A stretch of DNA of 64,000 nt. Source: Vicinamibacterales bacterium (GTDB taxonomy: Bacteria > Acidobacteriota > Vicinamibacteria > Vicinamibacterales > UBA2999). Position 1 is the stretch's first letter. Each line of letters opens with the position of its first letter. The notes below the pieces were generated by a model. The model was given only the letters and a program-made list of their open reading frames with translations, was not told where the DNA came from and did not search any database. Made by a program: the position numbers and the translations under genes. The stretch spans positions 6,157 to 70,156 of the forward strand of contig JAWKHS010000025.1 of the NCBI GenBank assembly GCA_041394705.1, read 5' to 3'. Shown here one piece after another: positions 28,240 through 38,852 of this stretch.

Positions 28240-29526
28240 CTAAGTCGTCGCGAACGGGGCCTCGAGCGACCGGCTCTGCGGCGTCATGAGCGCCGCGCCG
28301 TCCTCGGTGATGTACATGTCGTCCTCGAGGCGCACGCCGAACTCGCCGCGGATGTAGATGCCGGGCTCGTCGCTGAACGTCATGCCGGGCGCGAGCGGGA
28401 GCGTGTTGCCTTTCACGAGGTACGGCCACTCGTGGCCGTCCATGCCCATGCCGTGGCCGACGCGGTGCGTGAAGTACTTGTAGCCAGGGCCGTAGCCGGC
28501 GTCCTCGATCACCTTCCGCGCCGCCGCGTCCACGGCCTCGCACGGCACGCCCGGCCGCGCCGCCTTCAGCGCCGCGGTCTGGGCCGCGAACTCGATCTCG
28601 AACACCTTCTTCATCTTGTCGGTCGGCCTGCCGAGCAGGAACGTCCGGCTGATGTCGGACTGATAGCCCTCCACCGCGCATCCGCCGTCGATGAGGATGA
28701 TGTCGCCCTCCTTGATGACCTGGGGCGTGATCGAGCCGTGGGGCAGGGCCGAGTACTCCGCCGTCTGCACCGAGGCGCCGCCCGGGTAGCCGAGCTTGTC
28801 GTGCGCGGCCGAGATCAGGCGCTGGAAGTCGTTCTGGGTCATGCCCGGCGCGAGGGCCTTCCACGCCGCCTCGTACGCCTTCAGGGTCACGGCCGACGCG
28901 TGCTTCATGAGCGCCAGCTCGTGCTGGTCCTTGACCGCGCGGCAGCCCGCCGTCACCGGCGTCCCGCTGGCCAGCGTCAGGCCGGGCGCGGCCTTCGCGA
29001 GCCCGTCCGAGAAGACGTGCCGCACGGTCTCCTCGATGCCGAGGCGTCCGGTGGAGATGCCGCGGTCCTTCAGGCCCTGCGCGACGCGCGCGTACGGGCT
29101 CTCGTGCTCCTCCCACGTCCGCACGTCGGGCGTCCCCGTGAACGGGCTCGTCGCGAACTGCTCGCGCGCGCGGTCCTCCTCGAAGGCCGGCGTCACGACG
29201 AACGGCTCGCCCGACTTCGGAATCACCAGCGTGAACAGACGTTCGCTCAAGCCCCAGCGGATGCCGCTGAAGTACACGAGCGACGTGCCGCCGGTGAGCA
29301 TCAGCGCGTCGAGGCCGTTGTCGGCCATCAGGCGCCGCGCCTTGTCGACGCGGCTCCGGCGCTCGTCCTTCGTGATCGGCGTGGCCGTCCCGCGCATCGA
29401 CGACAGCGAGGCGATCGAGGGCGGCAGGGCCGCGCCGGCCTGCTCGGCCCGCGCGACGGAGAACGGCGACCCGAGCGACCCGGCGGCCAGGGCGCCGGAA
29501 GTGATGAGCGAACGGCGGGAAATCAT
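28240..29526 (-). CDS. TAT-signal M24 family Xaa-Pro peptidase
   Basis: ATG 29526, 6 nt after AAGGAG. 428 aa. Twin-arginine MISRRSLITSGALAAG. Metal ligand blocks DGGCAVEGYQSDISRT and HRVGHGMGMDGHE. Confidence 0.9.
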   Translation of the reverse strand: MISRRSLITSGALAAGSLGSPFSVARAEQAGAALPPSIASLSSMRGTATPITKDERRSRVDKARRLMADNGLDALMLTGGTSLVYFSGIRWGLSERLFTLVIPKSGEPFVVTPAFEEDRAREQFATSPFTGTPDVRTWEEHESPYARVAQGLKDRGISTGRLGIEETVRHVFSDGLAKAAPGLTLASGTPVTAGCRAVKDQHELALMKHASAVTLKAYEAAWKALAPGMTQNDFQRLISAAHDKLGYPGGASVQTAEYSALPHGSITPQVIKEGDIILIDGGCAVEGYQSDISRTFLLGRPTDKMKKVFEIEFAAQTAALKAARPGVPCEAVDAAARKVIEDAGYGPGYKYFTHRVGHGMGMDGHEWPYLVKGNTLPLAPGMTFSDEPGIYIRGEFGVRLEDDMYITEDGAALMTPQSRSLEAPFATT

Positions 29527-29629
29527 GGGCGGCTCCTTCGCGTCACAGTCTACCGCGCGGCGGCCGGCGGGGCGGGGCCGCGGCCCGCGCGGCCAAGGCC
29601 GCCGGCGGCGGCTCGGACCTGCGCCGCGA

Positions 29630-30748
29630 TCAGTGGCCGAGGGCGTCGGCGATCCACCGCGCGGCCACGTCCGCACCGTCCACACGGGCCCGTGCGGCGG
29701 GACGCGCGGAGGCGGCCAGTCCGTCGAGGGCGTCCTGCCAGCGTCCGGCCAGGAGCGCGGGCTGCGGGAGGTAGGCGCAGCGGACGAGGCCCGGCATCTC
29801 GCGGACGAGGACCTCGTACTCGACGAAGTGACCGCGGTCCGTGTAGAGGACGGCGGTGTCGTTGGCCGCGCACTCGCTGACGATGCCGTAGCCCGGCTTC
29901 GTGACGACGACGTCCACTGCGGCGACGACGTCCTCGTAGCGCAGGCCCATGGCGTACATCGCCGGCTCGTCCAGCGGGTGGATCGCCCCGCGCGGCGCGG
30001 CGGGACCGACGGGCGACCGGTCCGGGCCGAACGGGACGCTCGCGCTCACGAGCAGCGTCCAGCCGCGCGTGCGGCTGAGGGCGTCGAGGTCGATGCCGGA
30101 CACGCCGTAGCCGCCGAACGAGACCAGCGCCAGCGGGCCGGGAGGCAGACCGAGCCGGGCGCGCGTATCGTCGGGGGCGTGGCGGGCCCGCCGCGCGATG
30201 AGCGGGAGGTCGACGATGTCGGAAATGGTCTCGAACCCGCCGTGCAGCGGCAGCCGGAAGGCGCGGCCGGCGCGCCGGTACGCCTCGCCGAGCGCGTCGG
30301 CGGACGGGCCGCCGCCCGGATACCCGCGGAAGATCCAGTCCCAGGTGAAGTTGCCCAGCGCCATCGCGGGGACCCCGGCCAGCCGCGCGGCCTCGAGGCC
30401 CAGCGGGGGAATGTCGGCCATGACGAACGCCGCGCCGACGTCCTGGAGGTACGCGGCTTCGTCGGCCGCCAGCCGCGGCAGGTCGCGCACGTAGGCATCC
30501 ACGCGGCGGATGGTCTCATCGGCGTCGAGGCTCAGACTGTCCCGCTGGACGACGCCGGGATCGGTGTCGAGTGGTTCGACGGCCACGGGCGCACGCGCGG
30601 TGAGGTCGAACAGCCACCGCGGCGCGGCCGTCCGGACCCGGATCGGCCGGTCGGGCGCGATCGCCGCCAGCGCGTTGATGACCTCGATCGACCGCGAGGC
30701 ATGGCCGAAGCCGTGCCCGGAGATGTAGTAGACGAGCGGACCGCCCAC
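29630..30748 (-). CDS. GT-B fold glycosyltransferase (GT28/GT1-like)
   Basis: 372 aa. N-terminal YYISGHGFGHASR, C-terminal VVTKPGYGIVSE. Confidence 0.72.
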   Translation of the reverse strand: MGGPLVYYISGHGFGHASRSIEVINALAAIAPDRPIRVRTAAPRWLFDLTARAPVAVEPLDTDPGVVQRDSLSLDADETIRRVDAYVRDLPRLAADEAAYLQDVGAAFVMADIPPLGLEAARLAGVPAMALGNFTWDWIFRGYPGGGPSADALGEAYRRAGRAFRLPLHGGFETISDIVDLPLIARRARHAPDDTRARLGLPPGPLALVSFGGYGVSGIDLDALSRTRGWTLLVSASVPFGPDRSPVGPAAPRGAIHPLDEPAMYAMGLRYEDVVAAVDVVVTKPGYGIVSECAANDTAVLYTDRGHFVEYEVLVREMPGLVRCAYLPQPALLAGRWQDALDGLAASARPAARARVDGADVAARWIADALGH

Positions 30749-30754
30749 GAGCGC

Positions 30755-33148
<2,394 letters not shown>

Positions 33149-33226
33149 GGGGCTCGGGCCGGCGCCGCGGGGGCGCCTGACCGCATGATACGCGCGCGAC
33201 CGGGGCTTCGGCGCTAAGATCCTCGC

Positions 33227-33682
33227 ATGGCCCTCGACGAACGCGCCTTCTTCAACGAACGGCCCGAACAGCGCACCGGCCGCTTCACGTGCCCCCGGTG
33301 CCGCCGCACGAACGACTACTCCCTCCGCTGGGTCCGGCGCACGAAGAAGGACCGGCTGCCCGGCAACGCCGACGAGCGCGACCGCGCGAAGTTCGCGAAG
33401 CTGCGCGATCACCTGATTCGCGTCGACGACGAACTCACCTGTAAGACGTGCGGCAAGCGCTTCGAGATCCCGTCGATGCACTCGCTGGTCTTCGTGGACC
33501 AGATCGAGGGGCTCCCCCGCGTGGACGACGAGGACGACGCTCCGGATGCGGCGCCGGCCGGGACGCGTCCCGGCGCTAGTACAGCCCCGGCACCAGGCGC
33601 CAGCGCACCTGGCGGCAGTACGCCGAGTACGCCGGCCCCGCGGCAGCGGCGAGGCTACGCTCCTCCCAAGGCATGGCGATGA
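33227..33682 (+). CDS. small zinc-ribbon protein (CPRC...CKTC), hypothetical
   Basis: 151-aa ORF divergent from lon. High GC3 for about the first 105 codons. The last 107 nt overlap the convergent gene and lose the GC3 bias. Confidence 0.5.
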   Translation: MALDERAFFNERPEQRTGRFTCPRCRRTNDYSLRWVRRTKKDRLPGNADERDRAKFAKLRDHLIRVDDELTCKTCGKRFEIPSMHSLVFVDQIEGLPRVDDEDDAPDAAPAGTRPGASTAPAPGASAPGGSTPSTPAPRQRRGYAPPKAWR

Positions 33683-34289
33683 GCAGGTAGGCCGTCGACA
33701 CGACGGCCGCCACCGCGCGGTCGACCGTCATGGGCGACGCGCCGAACACGATCAGGACCCAGCCCAGGTAGATGGGGTGGCGCACCATCGTGAACGGCCA
33801 CACGACGCGGATCCGCGTGGGGGTGGCATGGCCCGTGGCCTGTCGGATGCCGGCGAGTTCCCGCGCGTCGAGCACCCGGGCCCCGGCCAGGCTCAGCGCC
33901 ACGCCCGAGGCCTGCAGCCCCAGCAGCAGCCACGACAGCGGCGGCGCCGCCGAGTACAGGACCCCTGGCACGCGCCGCCAGGTGGCGCAGACCAGCGCCA
34001 GCAGGGCCGAGGCGATCCACACGTACGACGAGCGCTCGAGGCGGGGCGAGACCACCTGCTGCCAGCGCTCGCGAAGGCCCGTCCGCACCATCACGCTGTG
34101 GTGCACGGCGAAGAGGGTGAACGTGCCGACGTTCCAGAGCACGGCCCCGGCGACCGACGCGCGCGGTGGGCCCGGCTCATCCACCACCGCGTAGTAGAAC
34201 CACGCGGCGTAGCCGAGGGCGGCCGCGGCGCCGAGCGCGCCCAGCCAGGCCACGACGGTCTCGACACGTGAAGCGGACGGCGTGGTCAT
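33576..34289 (-). CDS. membrane methyltransferase, ICMT/PEMT fold
   Basis: ATG 34289 inside track ORF 33576..35912. 237 aa, about 5 TM helices, FTMVRHPIYLGW (RHPxYxG) motif. Confidence 0.8.
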   Translation of the reverse strand: MTTPSASRVETVVAWLGALGAAAALGYAAWFYYAVVDEPGPPRASVAGAVLWNVGTFTLFAVHHSVMVRTGLRERWQQVVSPRLERSSYVWIASALLALVCATWRRVPGVLYSAAPPLSWLLLGLQASGVALSLAGARVLDARELAGIRQATGHATPTRIRVVWPFTMVRHPIYLGWVLIVFGASPMTVDRAVAAVVSTAYLLIAMPWEERSLAAAAGPAYSAYCRQVRWRLVPGLY

Positions 34290-34325
34290 CGGCGGGGCCG
34301 GGCGGGCGTCGTGCCGGGCGCCACG

Positions 34326-34334
34326 TATTATAGG
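34326..34334 (+). promoter_or_regulatory. AT-rich -10-like box TATTATAGG upstream of the ketosynthase gene
   Basis: The only AT-rich stretch in the divergent region. It lies about 30 nt upstream of the GTG at 34365. Confidence 0.3.
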
Positions 34335-34364
34335 AATCTCGCGCGGGCGCCCGCGCCCTCGGCC

Positions 34365-35633
34365 GTGACCCCGCCTCGCATCGTCATCTCCGGTATCGGC
34401 GTCGTGTCCACGTTCGGCGTGGGCCGTGAGCGCTACTGGGACCACGTGTCCCGGGGCGCCAGCGGCACGCGCGCCGTCACCGAGTTCGACGTCTCCACCT
34501 ATCCCTGCCGGGTGGCCGCCTCCGTGCCTCCGGTGGACATCTCGGCCGCGGTCGAGGTGGACGGCGAGGCCGCGGACGGGTGGACGTCGCGCGCGGACCC
34601 GAAGCGCTACTCCCGCGCCGCGCTCTTCGGCGTGCTCGCCGGACGCGAGGCCTGGCAGGATGCCGGCCTCCGCGTGGACGAGCCGGGCGCCGGAGTCATC
34701 GTGGGGACCGGGGGCGGCGGCATCGACGTGACCGAGTACGGCTACCGCGAGTTCTTCACGAACGGCGGCCGGCACGTCACGCCGTACGCGATCGCCATCG
34801 GCATCTGCGGCATGGTGTCGAGCGAGATCTCGATGTCGCTCGGCCTGCACGGCATCAGCCACGTGCTGTCCACCGGCTGCACCTCGTCCACCGACGCCAT
34901 CGGGTATGCGGCCTCGCTGTTGAGGGCGGGGGACGCCGACGTACTGCTCACGGGCGGCGTCGATGGCTGCGTCCTGCCGGGCATGCTCTACGGCTTCGGC
35001 CGGATGCGCGCCGTGTCCACGCACTACAACGACCGTCCGGCGGAGGCGTCCCGGCCGTTCGATCGGGGCCGCGACGGCTTCGTCCTCGGCGAAGGCGCCT
35101 GGATGATCGCGCTCGAGCGCGAGGACCGGGCTCGCGCCCGCGGCGCCCGGATCTACGCGAGCGTGGATGGCTACGCCTCGACCTGCGACGCGTACCATCG
35201 GGTGCAGATGGACCCGGACGGACGCGAGATCGTGCGGTGCATGGAGACGGCCCTCGCCAGGGCGGGGTGCGCCCGGGAGCGGATCGGCTACGTGAACTAC
35301 CACGGCACGTCCACGCCCCTGAACGACGCGGTCGAGGCGCGGTGCACGCGGCTCGCCTTCGGCGCGCACGCCGATCGCCTCGCCGGATCGTCGACCAAGT
35401 CCATGATCGGCCATCCACAGGGGGCGAGCGGGGCGGCCGGCGTCGTGGCGACGGCCCTGGCGCTGGCGCGGGGGTTCCTGCCGCCGACCATCAACCTCAC
35501 CGACCCGGATCCGTCGTGCGATCTCGACTTCCTGCCGATCACGGGCCGCGCCGCGCAGGTCGAGGCCGCCCTCTGCAATTGCCTCGGGTTCGGATCGAAG
35601 AACAGCGCCCTCGTGCTCGGCGCCATCGGATGA
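34365..35633 (+). CDS. beta-ketoacyl synthase, KAS-II (FabF)-like, stand-alone
   Basis: 422 aa from GTG 34365 (VTPPRIVISGIG is a typical KS N-terminus; track alternative start 34311). Cys-His-His triad blocks STGCTSS, YHGTSTP, IGHPQGASG. Confidence 0.9.
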   Translation: MTPPRIVISGIGVVSTFGVGRERYWDHVSRGASGTRAVTEFDVSTYPCRVAASVPPVDISAAVEVDGEAADGWTSRADPKRYSRAALFGVLAGREAWQDAGLRVDEPGAGVIVGTGGGGIDVTEYGYREFFTNGGRHVTPYAIAIGICGMVSSEISMSLGLHGISHVLSTGCTSSTDAIGYAASLLRAGDADVLLTGGVDGCVLPGMLYGFGRMRAVSTHYNDRPAEASRPFDRGRDGFVLGEGAWMIALEREDRARARGARIYASVDGYASTCDAYHRVQMDPDGREIVRCMETALARAGCARERIGYVNYHGTSTPLNDAVEARCTRLAFGAHADRLAGSSTKSMIGHPQGASGAAGVVATALALARGFLPPTINLTDPDPSCDLDFLPITGRAAQVEAALCNCLGFGSKNSALVLGAIG

Positions 35634-36793
35634 CCGCCGGGATGGCCCGCCAGGACGACGTGGTGATCGTGGGCGGCGGACCGGCGGGGGCGCTGGCCGC
35701 GCTGCTCCTCGCGCGGCGCGGCTACCGCGTCCGCGTGTTCGAGCGCGCCAGGTTCCCGCGGCCGAAGCTCTGCGGGGACACCCTGAACCCCGGCGCGCTG
35801 GCAACGCTGGCCCGCCACGCCGACATCGCGCCCCTCCTGGCGCTCGGGCGTCCGCTCCACGGCATGCGTCTCTCGGGGACGGGCGGCCCGGCCGTGGAGG
35901 CGCGGTATCCACGGGGCCTCGCCGGCCTCACGGTCGTGCGCCGGGATCTCGACGACGCGCTGCTGCGGCAGGCCGCCGCCGCCGGCGCCCTCGTCGAGGA
36001 CGGCGTGCTGGTGCGCGGCGCGGCGCGGGGCGGCGAGGCGGTGGACGGCGTGATCGTGGCCACCGCGCAGGGCGACCGCGCCCACCCGGGCCGGCTGGTC
36101 GTCGGCGCCGACGGCCGGACGTCGGCCCTTGCCGGCGGGCTGGGGCTCGCGTGGACGCCGCGGGAGCCGCGCCGGTGGGCGTTCGGCGCCTACGCCGAGG
36201 GCGTCGACGGCATGGCGGCCGACCTGGGCGAGATGCACGTCCGCCGCGGGAGCTACCTGGGCCTGGCGCCCGTGGCCGAGGGCGTGACCAATGTCTGCGT
36301 CGTGGTGCCGCGTGCGGCGGCCGCGCGGTTCGGCGCCTCGCCGTGGCAGGCGATGCGCGCGGCCGTCGCCGACGACCCCGCGCTGTCGGCCCGGCTGGCG
36401 GGCGCGCGCCCGGTGGCGCGCGTCGTGTCGCTCGGCCCGATGGCTCGCGACATCCGGGCGGCGGGCGTCCCCGGCCTGCTGCTGGCGGGCGACGCGGCCG
36501 GGTTCATCGATCCCATGACGGGCGACGGTCTGCGCCTGGCGATCGACGGCGCCGTGCTCGCCGCCGACCTCGCGGCCGACGTGCTCGACGGCCGGGTGTC
36601 GCGCCAGGGGGCCGCCGACGCGCTGACGCGGCGCCGAGCCCAGGCCTTCGCCGCCAAGTGGCGGTTCAACCGCACGGTGCGCCGTCTCGTGGACGCGCCT
36701 GCTGCCGTCCGCGCCGCCGTCGGTCTCGCCGAGATCTGGCCGGGCCTGGCGCAGGCCCTCGTCGGCTATGCCGGCGACCTCGCCCTGGCCTGA
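35630..36793 (+). CDS. FAD-dependent oxidoreductase, geranylgeranyl-reductase family
   Basis: ATG 35630 overlaps the KS stop (ATGA). 387 aa. VVIVGGGPAGA, KLCGDTLNPG, LLLAGDAAGFIDPMTGDGL. Confidence 0.88.
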   Translation: MTAGMARQDDVVIVGGGPAGALAALLLARRGYRVRVFERARFPRPKLCGDTLNPGALATLARHADIAPLLALGRPLHGMRLSGTGGPAVEARYPRGLAGLTVVRRDLDDALLRQAAAAGALVEDGVLVRGAARGGEAVDGVIVATAQGDRAHPGRLVVGADGRTSALAGGLGLAWTPREPRRWAFGAYAEGVDGMAADLGEMHVRRGSYLGLAPVAEGVTNVCVVVPRAAAARFGASPWQAMRAAVADDPALSARLAGARPVARVVSLGPMARDIRAAGVPGLLLAGDAAGFIDPMTGDGLRLAIDGAVLAADLAADVLDGRVSRQGAADALTRRRAQAFAAKWRFNRTVRRLVDAPAAVRAAVGLAEIWPGLAQALVGYAGDLALA

Positions 36794-37324
36794 GTGCCGA
36801 TGCCGGTGAGCGCCATCATCGCGTGTGGCACCCTGGCCGCCGTGCTCGCCGTGATGGCGGGCGAGGCCGCGCTGTCGGCCTACAACGCCAGCGTGCTCCG
36901 GGCCCGCGGTGCGCTCGAGCCGCCGGGCGACGTCTACCGCACGATGCAGTGGGCCTATCCCGCCGGCTTCGTGGCCCTGGCCGTCGAGGGCGGCCTCACC
37001 GGCCCCGCGCCCGCCGCCGCCCTCGCGGCCGGTCTCGTCGTGTTCGGCCTGGCCAAGGCGCTCAAGGCGTGGGCGATGGCCACCCTTGGCTGGCGGTGGT
37101 CCTTCCGCGTGCTCGTGCCGCCCGGACTCCCGCTCGTCGCGACGGGGCCCTACCGCCTCCTGCGGCACCCGAATTACGTGGCCGTGATCGGCGAGATCGT
37201 GGGGGCCGCGGCGATCGTCCACGCGCCCGTCAGCGGCGTCCTCTTCCTCCTCGGCTTCGGCTGGCTCCTGTGGCGCCGGGTCACGATCGAGGACCGCGCC
37301 CTCGGGCGCGACCCGGTAGGATGA
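36794..37324 (+). CDS. isoprenylcysteine carboxyl methyltransferase (ICMT) family membrane protein
   Basis: 176 aa. Starts directly after the previous stop (GTG 36794; alternative ATG 36800). PYRLLRHPNYVAVIGE motif. 4-5 TM helices. Confidence 0.82.
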   Translation: MPMPVSAIIACGTLAAVLAVMAGEAALSAYNASVLRARGALEPPGDVYRTMQWAYPAGFVALAVEGGLTGPAPAAALAAGLVVFGLAKALKAWAMATLGWRWSFRVLVPPGLPLVATGPYRLLRHPNYVAVIGEIVGAAAIVHAPVSGVLFLLGFGWLLWRRVTIEDRALGRDPVG

Positions 37325-38763
37325 GCTGGATGCCGTCCGATTCCCGGTCTCCCAATCGTGGCGGCGGGCCGGACTCACCGCGCGGCCTCGGAGCGATCGA
37401 CGCGGCGATTCTGGCGCTGGGCGCCGTGGCCGCGTCGGTGGCCGTCACCGGGGGCTTCCGCGTCGAACTGCCTGGAGTCCGGCTGTCGGTGACGTCGTGG
37501 GCGCGCGTGGCCCTGCTGGCGGGGGGGCTTGCGGTCCTGCGGCACGTCTGGCGGCGGTCGCCGGCGCTGCCCGTCGCGGTCTGGCGCCGCGTCGCCGCGT
37601 GGCGGCGGGACGAGGTGACGCGCGCCACCTGGCCGCTCGTGGTGACCACCCGGATCGGCGTCCTCGTGGTCGGCCTGCTGGCCGTGTATGCGTTCGGCTA
37701 CCCGGACGGGCGATCGTTGCTCAGGGTCGGGGAGGGCGAAGTCGCCAACCTGCCGGCGCGCTACGACGCGGGCTGGTATCTGAGCATCGCCTCGCGCGGC
37801 TACGAGTACCGCCCCAACCGCGTCGACGTGCAGCAGAACCTGGTCTTCTTCCCGGCGTTTCCTGTCGTGATGCACGGCGCGTCGCTGCTGTTGGCCCGGC
37901 AGTTCGTGTGGAGCGGAACGCTCGTGTCGATCCTGGCGTTCGCGTGGGCGCTTCGCTACCTGTTCCGTCTGGCGCGCGAGCTGATGGGCGACGAACGGGC
38001 CGCGACGGCGGCGGCGTTGCTGGCGGCGTATCCCTTTGCCTTGTTCTACAGCGCGCCGTATACCGAGGCCCTGTTCCTGCTCGCCATGCTGGGCGCATGG
38101 TGGCACGCGCGGCGGGACGAGCGGTGGGCCGGGTTCGGGTGGGGGCTCGTCGCCGGCCTGACCCGACCGAACGGCTGTCTGCTGTCGGTCCCCCTGGCGC
38201 TGATGGCGGTGGCTCCGCTCTGGAGTGAGGGCCGCTTCCGACGGCCGCCGGGCGGATGGGGGGCCCTCGTCGACCGGCTCGTCATCGCCGCGGCGCCGGG
38301 TCTCGGGATGTTGATCTATTCGGCCTACGTCTACGACAAGACGGGCGATCCGTTCATGTGGATCCGTCTGCAGGCGGCCTGGGGACGCGAGAATCGCGGC
38401 GTCGCGGCGTTCATCGGGAACGAGTGGGAGACGATCGGCGCCGTCGGGCTCTACGACTACTCGACCGGCAACGTGCCCAATCTCCTGAACGCCCTCGGCG
38501 CCCTCCTCTGCACGGCCGCGATCGTGCCGGTGTGGCGGCGCTTCGGCCTGCCCGCCGCCAGCGTCATCGTGCTGAACCTCGTGCCGTCGATCGCCACCGG
38601 CGGCTGGCTGTCGGTGGGCCGGGCCACCGCGGTGCTGTTCCCGGTGTTCCTCTGGCTCGGCGATGCCGTGCCCGCCCGCCACCGGACGCTCTGGCTCGTC
38701 GCGTTCGCGGCCCTCCAGGCGTTCGCGGCGTCGCTGTTCTTCACCTGGCGGCAGCTGTTCTGA
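37321..38763 (+). CDS. polytopic GT-C protein, PIG-V/GT76-like mannosyltransferase family
   Basis: ATG 37321 overlaps the previous stop (ATGA). 480 aa. DAGWYLSIA and NLVFFPAFPVVM blocks typical of PIG-V-like proteins. The family call is from memory. Confidence 0.72.
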   Translation: MSWMPSDSRSPNRGGGPDSPRGLGAIDAAILALGAVAASVAVTGGFRVELPGVRLSVTSWARVALLAGGLAVLRHVWRRSPALPVAVWRRVAAWRRDEVTRATWPLVVTTRIGVLVVGLLAVYAFGYPDGRSLLRVGEGEVANLPARYDAGWYLSIASRGYEYRPNRVDVQQNLVFFPAFPVVMHGASLLLARQFVWSGTLVSILAFAWALRYLFRLARELMGDERAATAAALLAAYPFALFYSAPYTEALFLLAMLGAWWHARRDERWAGFGWGLVAGLTRPNGCLLSVPLALMAVAPLWSEGRFRRPPGGWGALVDRLVIAAAPGLGMLIYSAYVYDKTGDPFMWIRLQAAWGRENRGVAAFIGNEWETIGAVGLYDYSTGNVPNLLNALGALLCTAAIVPVWRRFGLPAASVIVLNLVPSIATGGWLSVGRATAVLFPVFLWLGDAVPARHRTLWLVAFAALQAFAASLFFTWRQLF

Positions 38764-38817
38764 GCCGATCGACCACGGCCGCGCAGGCCCTCGCGACGTC
38801 TGTACGTCAACCCGCGG

Positions 38818-38838
38818 CGAGGCCGTATACTGGCCTCG
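38818..38838 (+). promoter_or_regulatory. perfect 7-bp inverted repeat whose loop is a TATACT -10-like hexamer
   Basis: CGAGGCC-gtatact-GGCCTCG read directly, 15 nt upstream of the ATG at 38853. It could be an operator/promoter or a weak terminator of the upstream module. Confidence 0.3.
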
Positions 38839-38852
38839 TCCTGGCCCGCGTG

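Noticed and set aside
34311-34364. Upstream GTG start giving an 18-codon N-terminal extension of the ketosynthase.
   Set aside because: It would leave only 21 nt between divergent start codons and would translate the only AT-rich promoter-like box (TATTATAGG). GTG 34365 gives the canonical KS N-terminus. It is kept as an alternative only.
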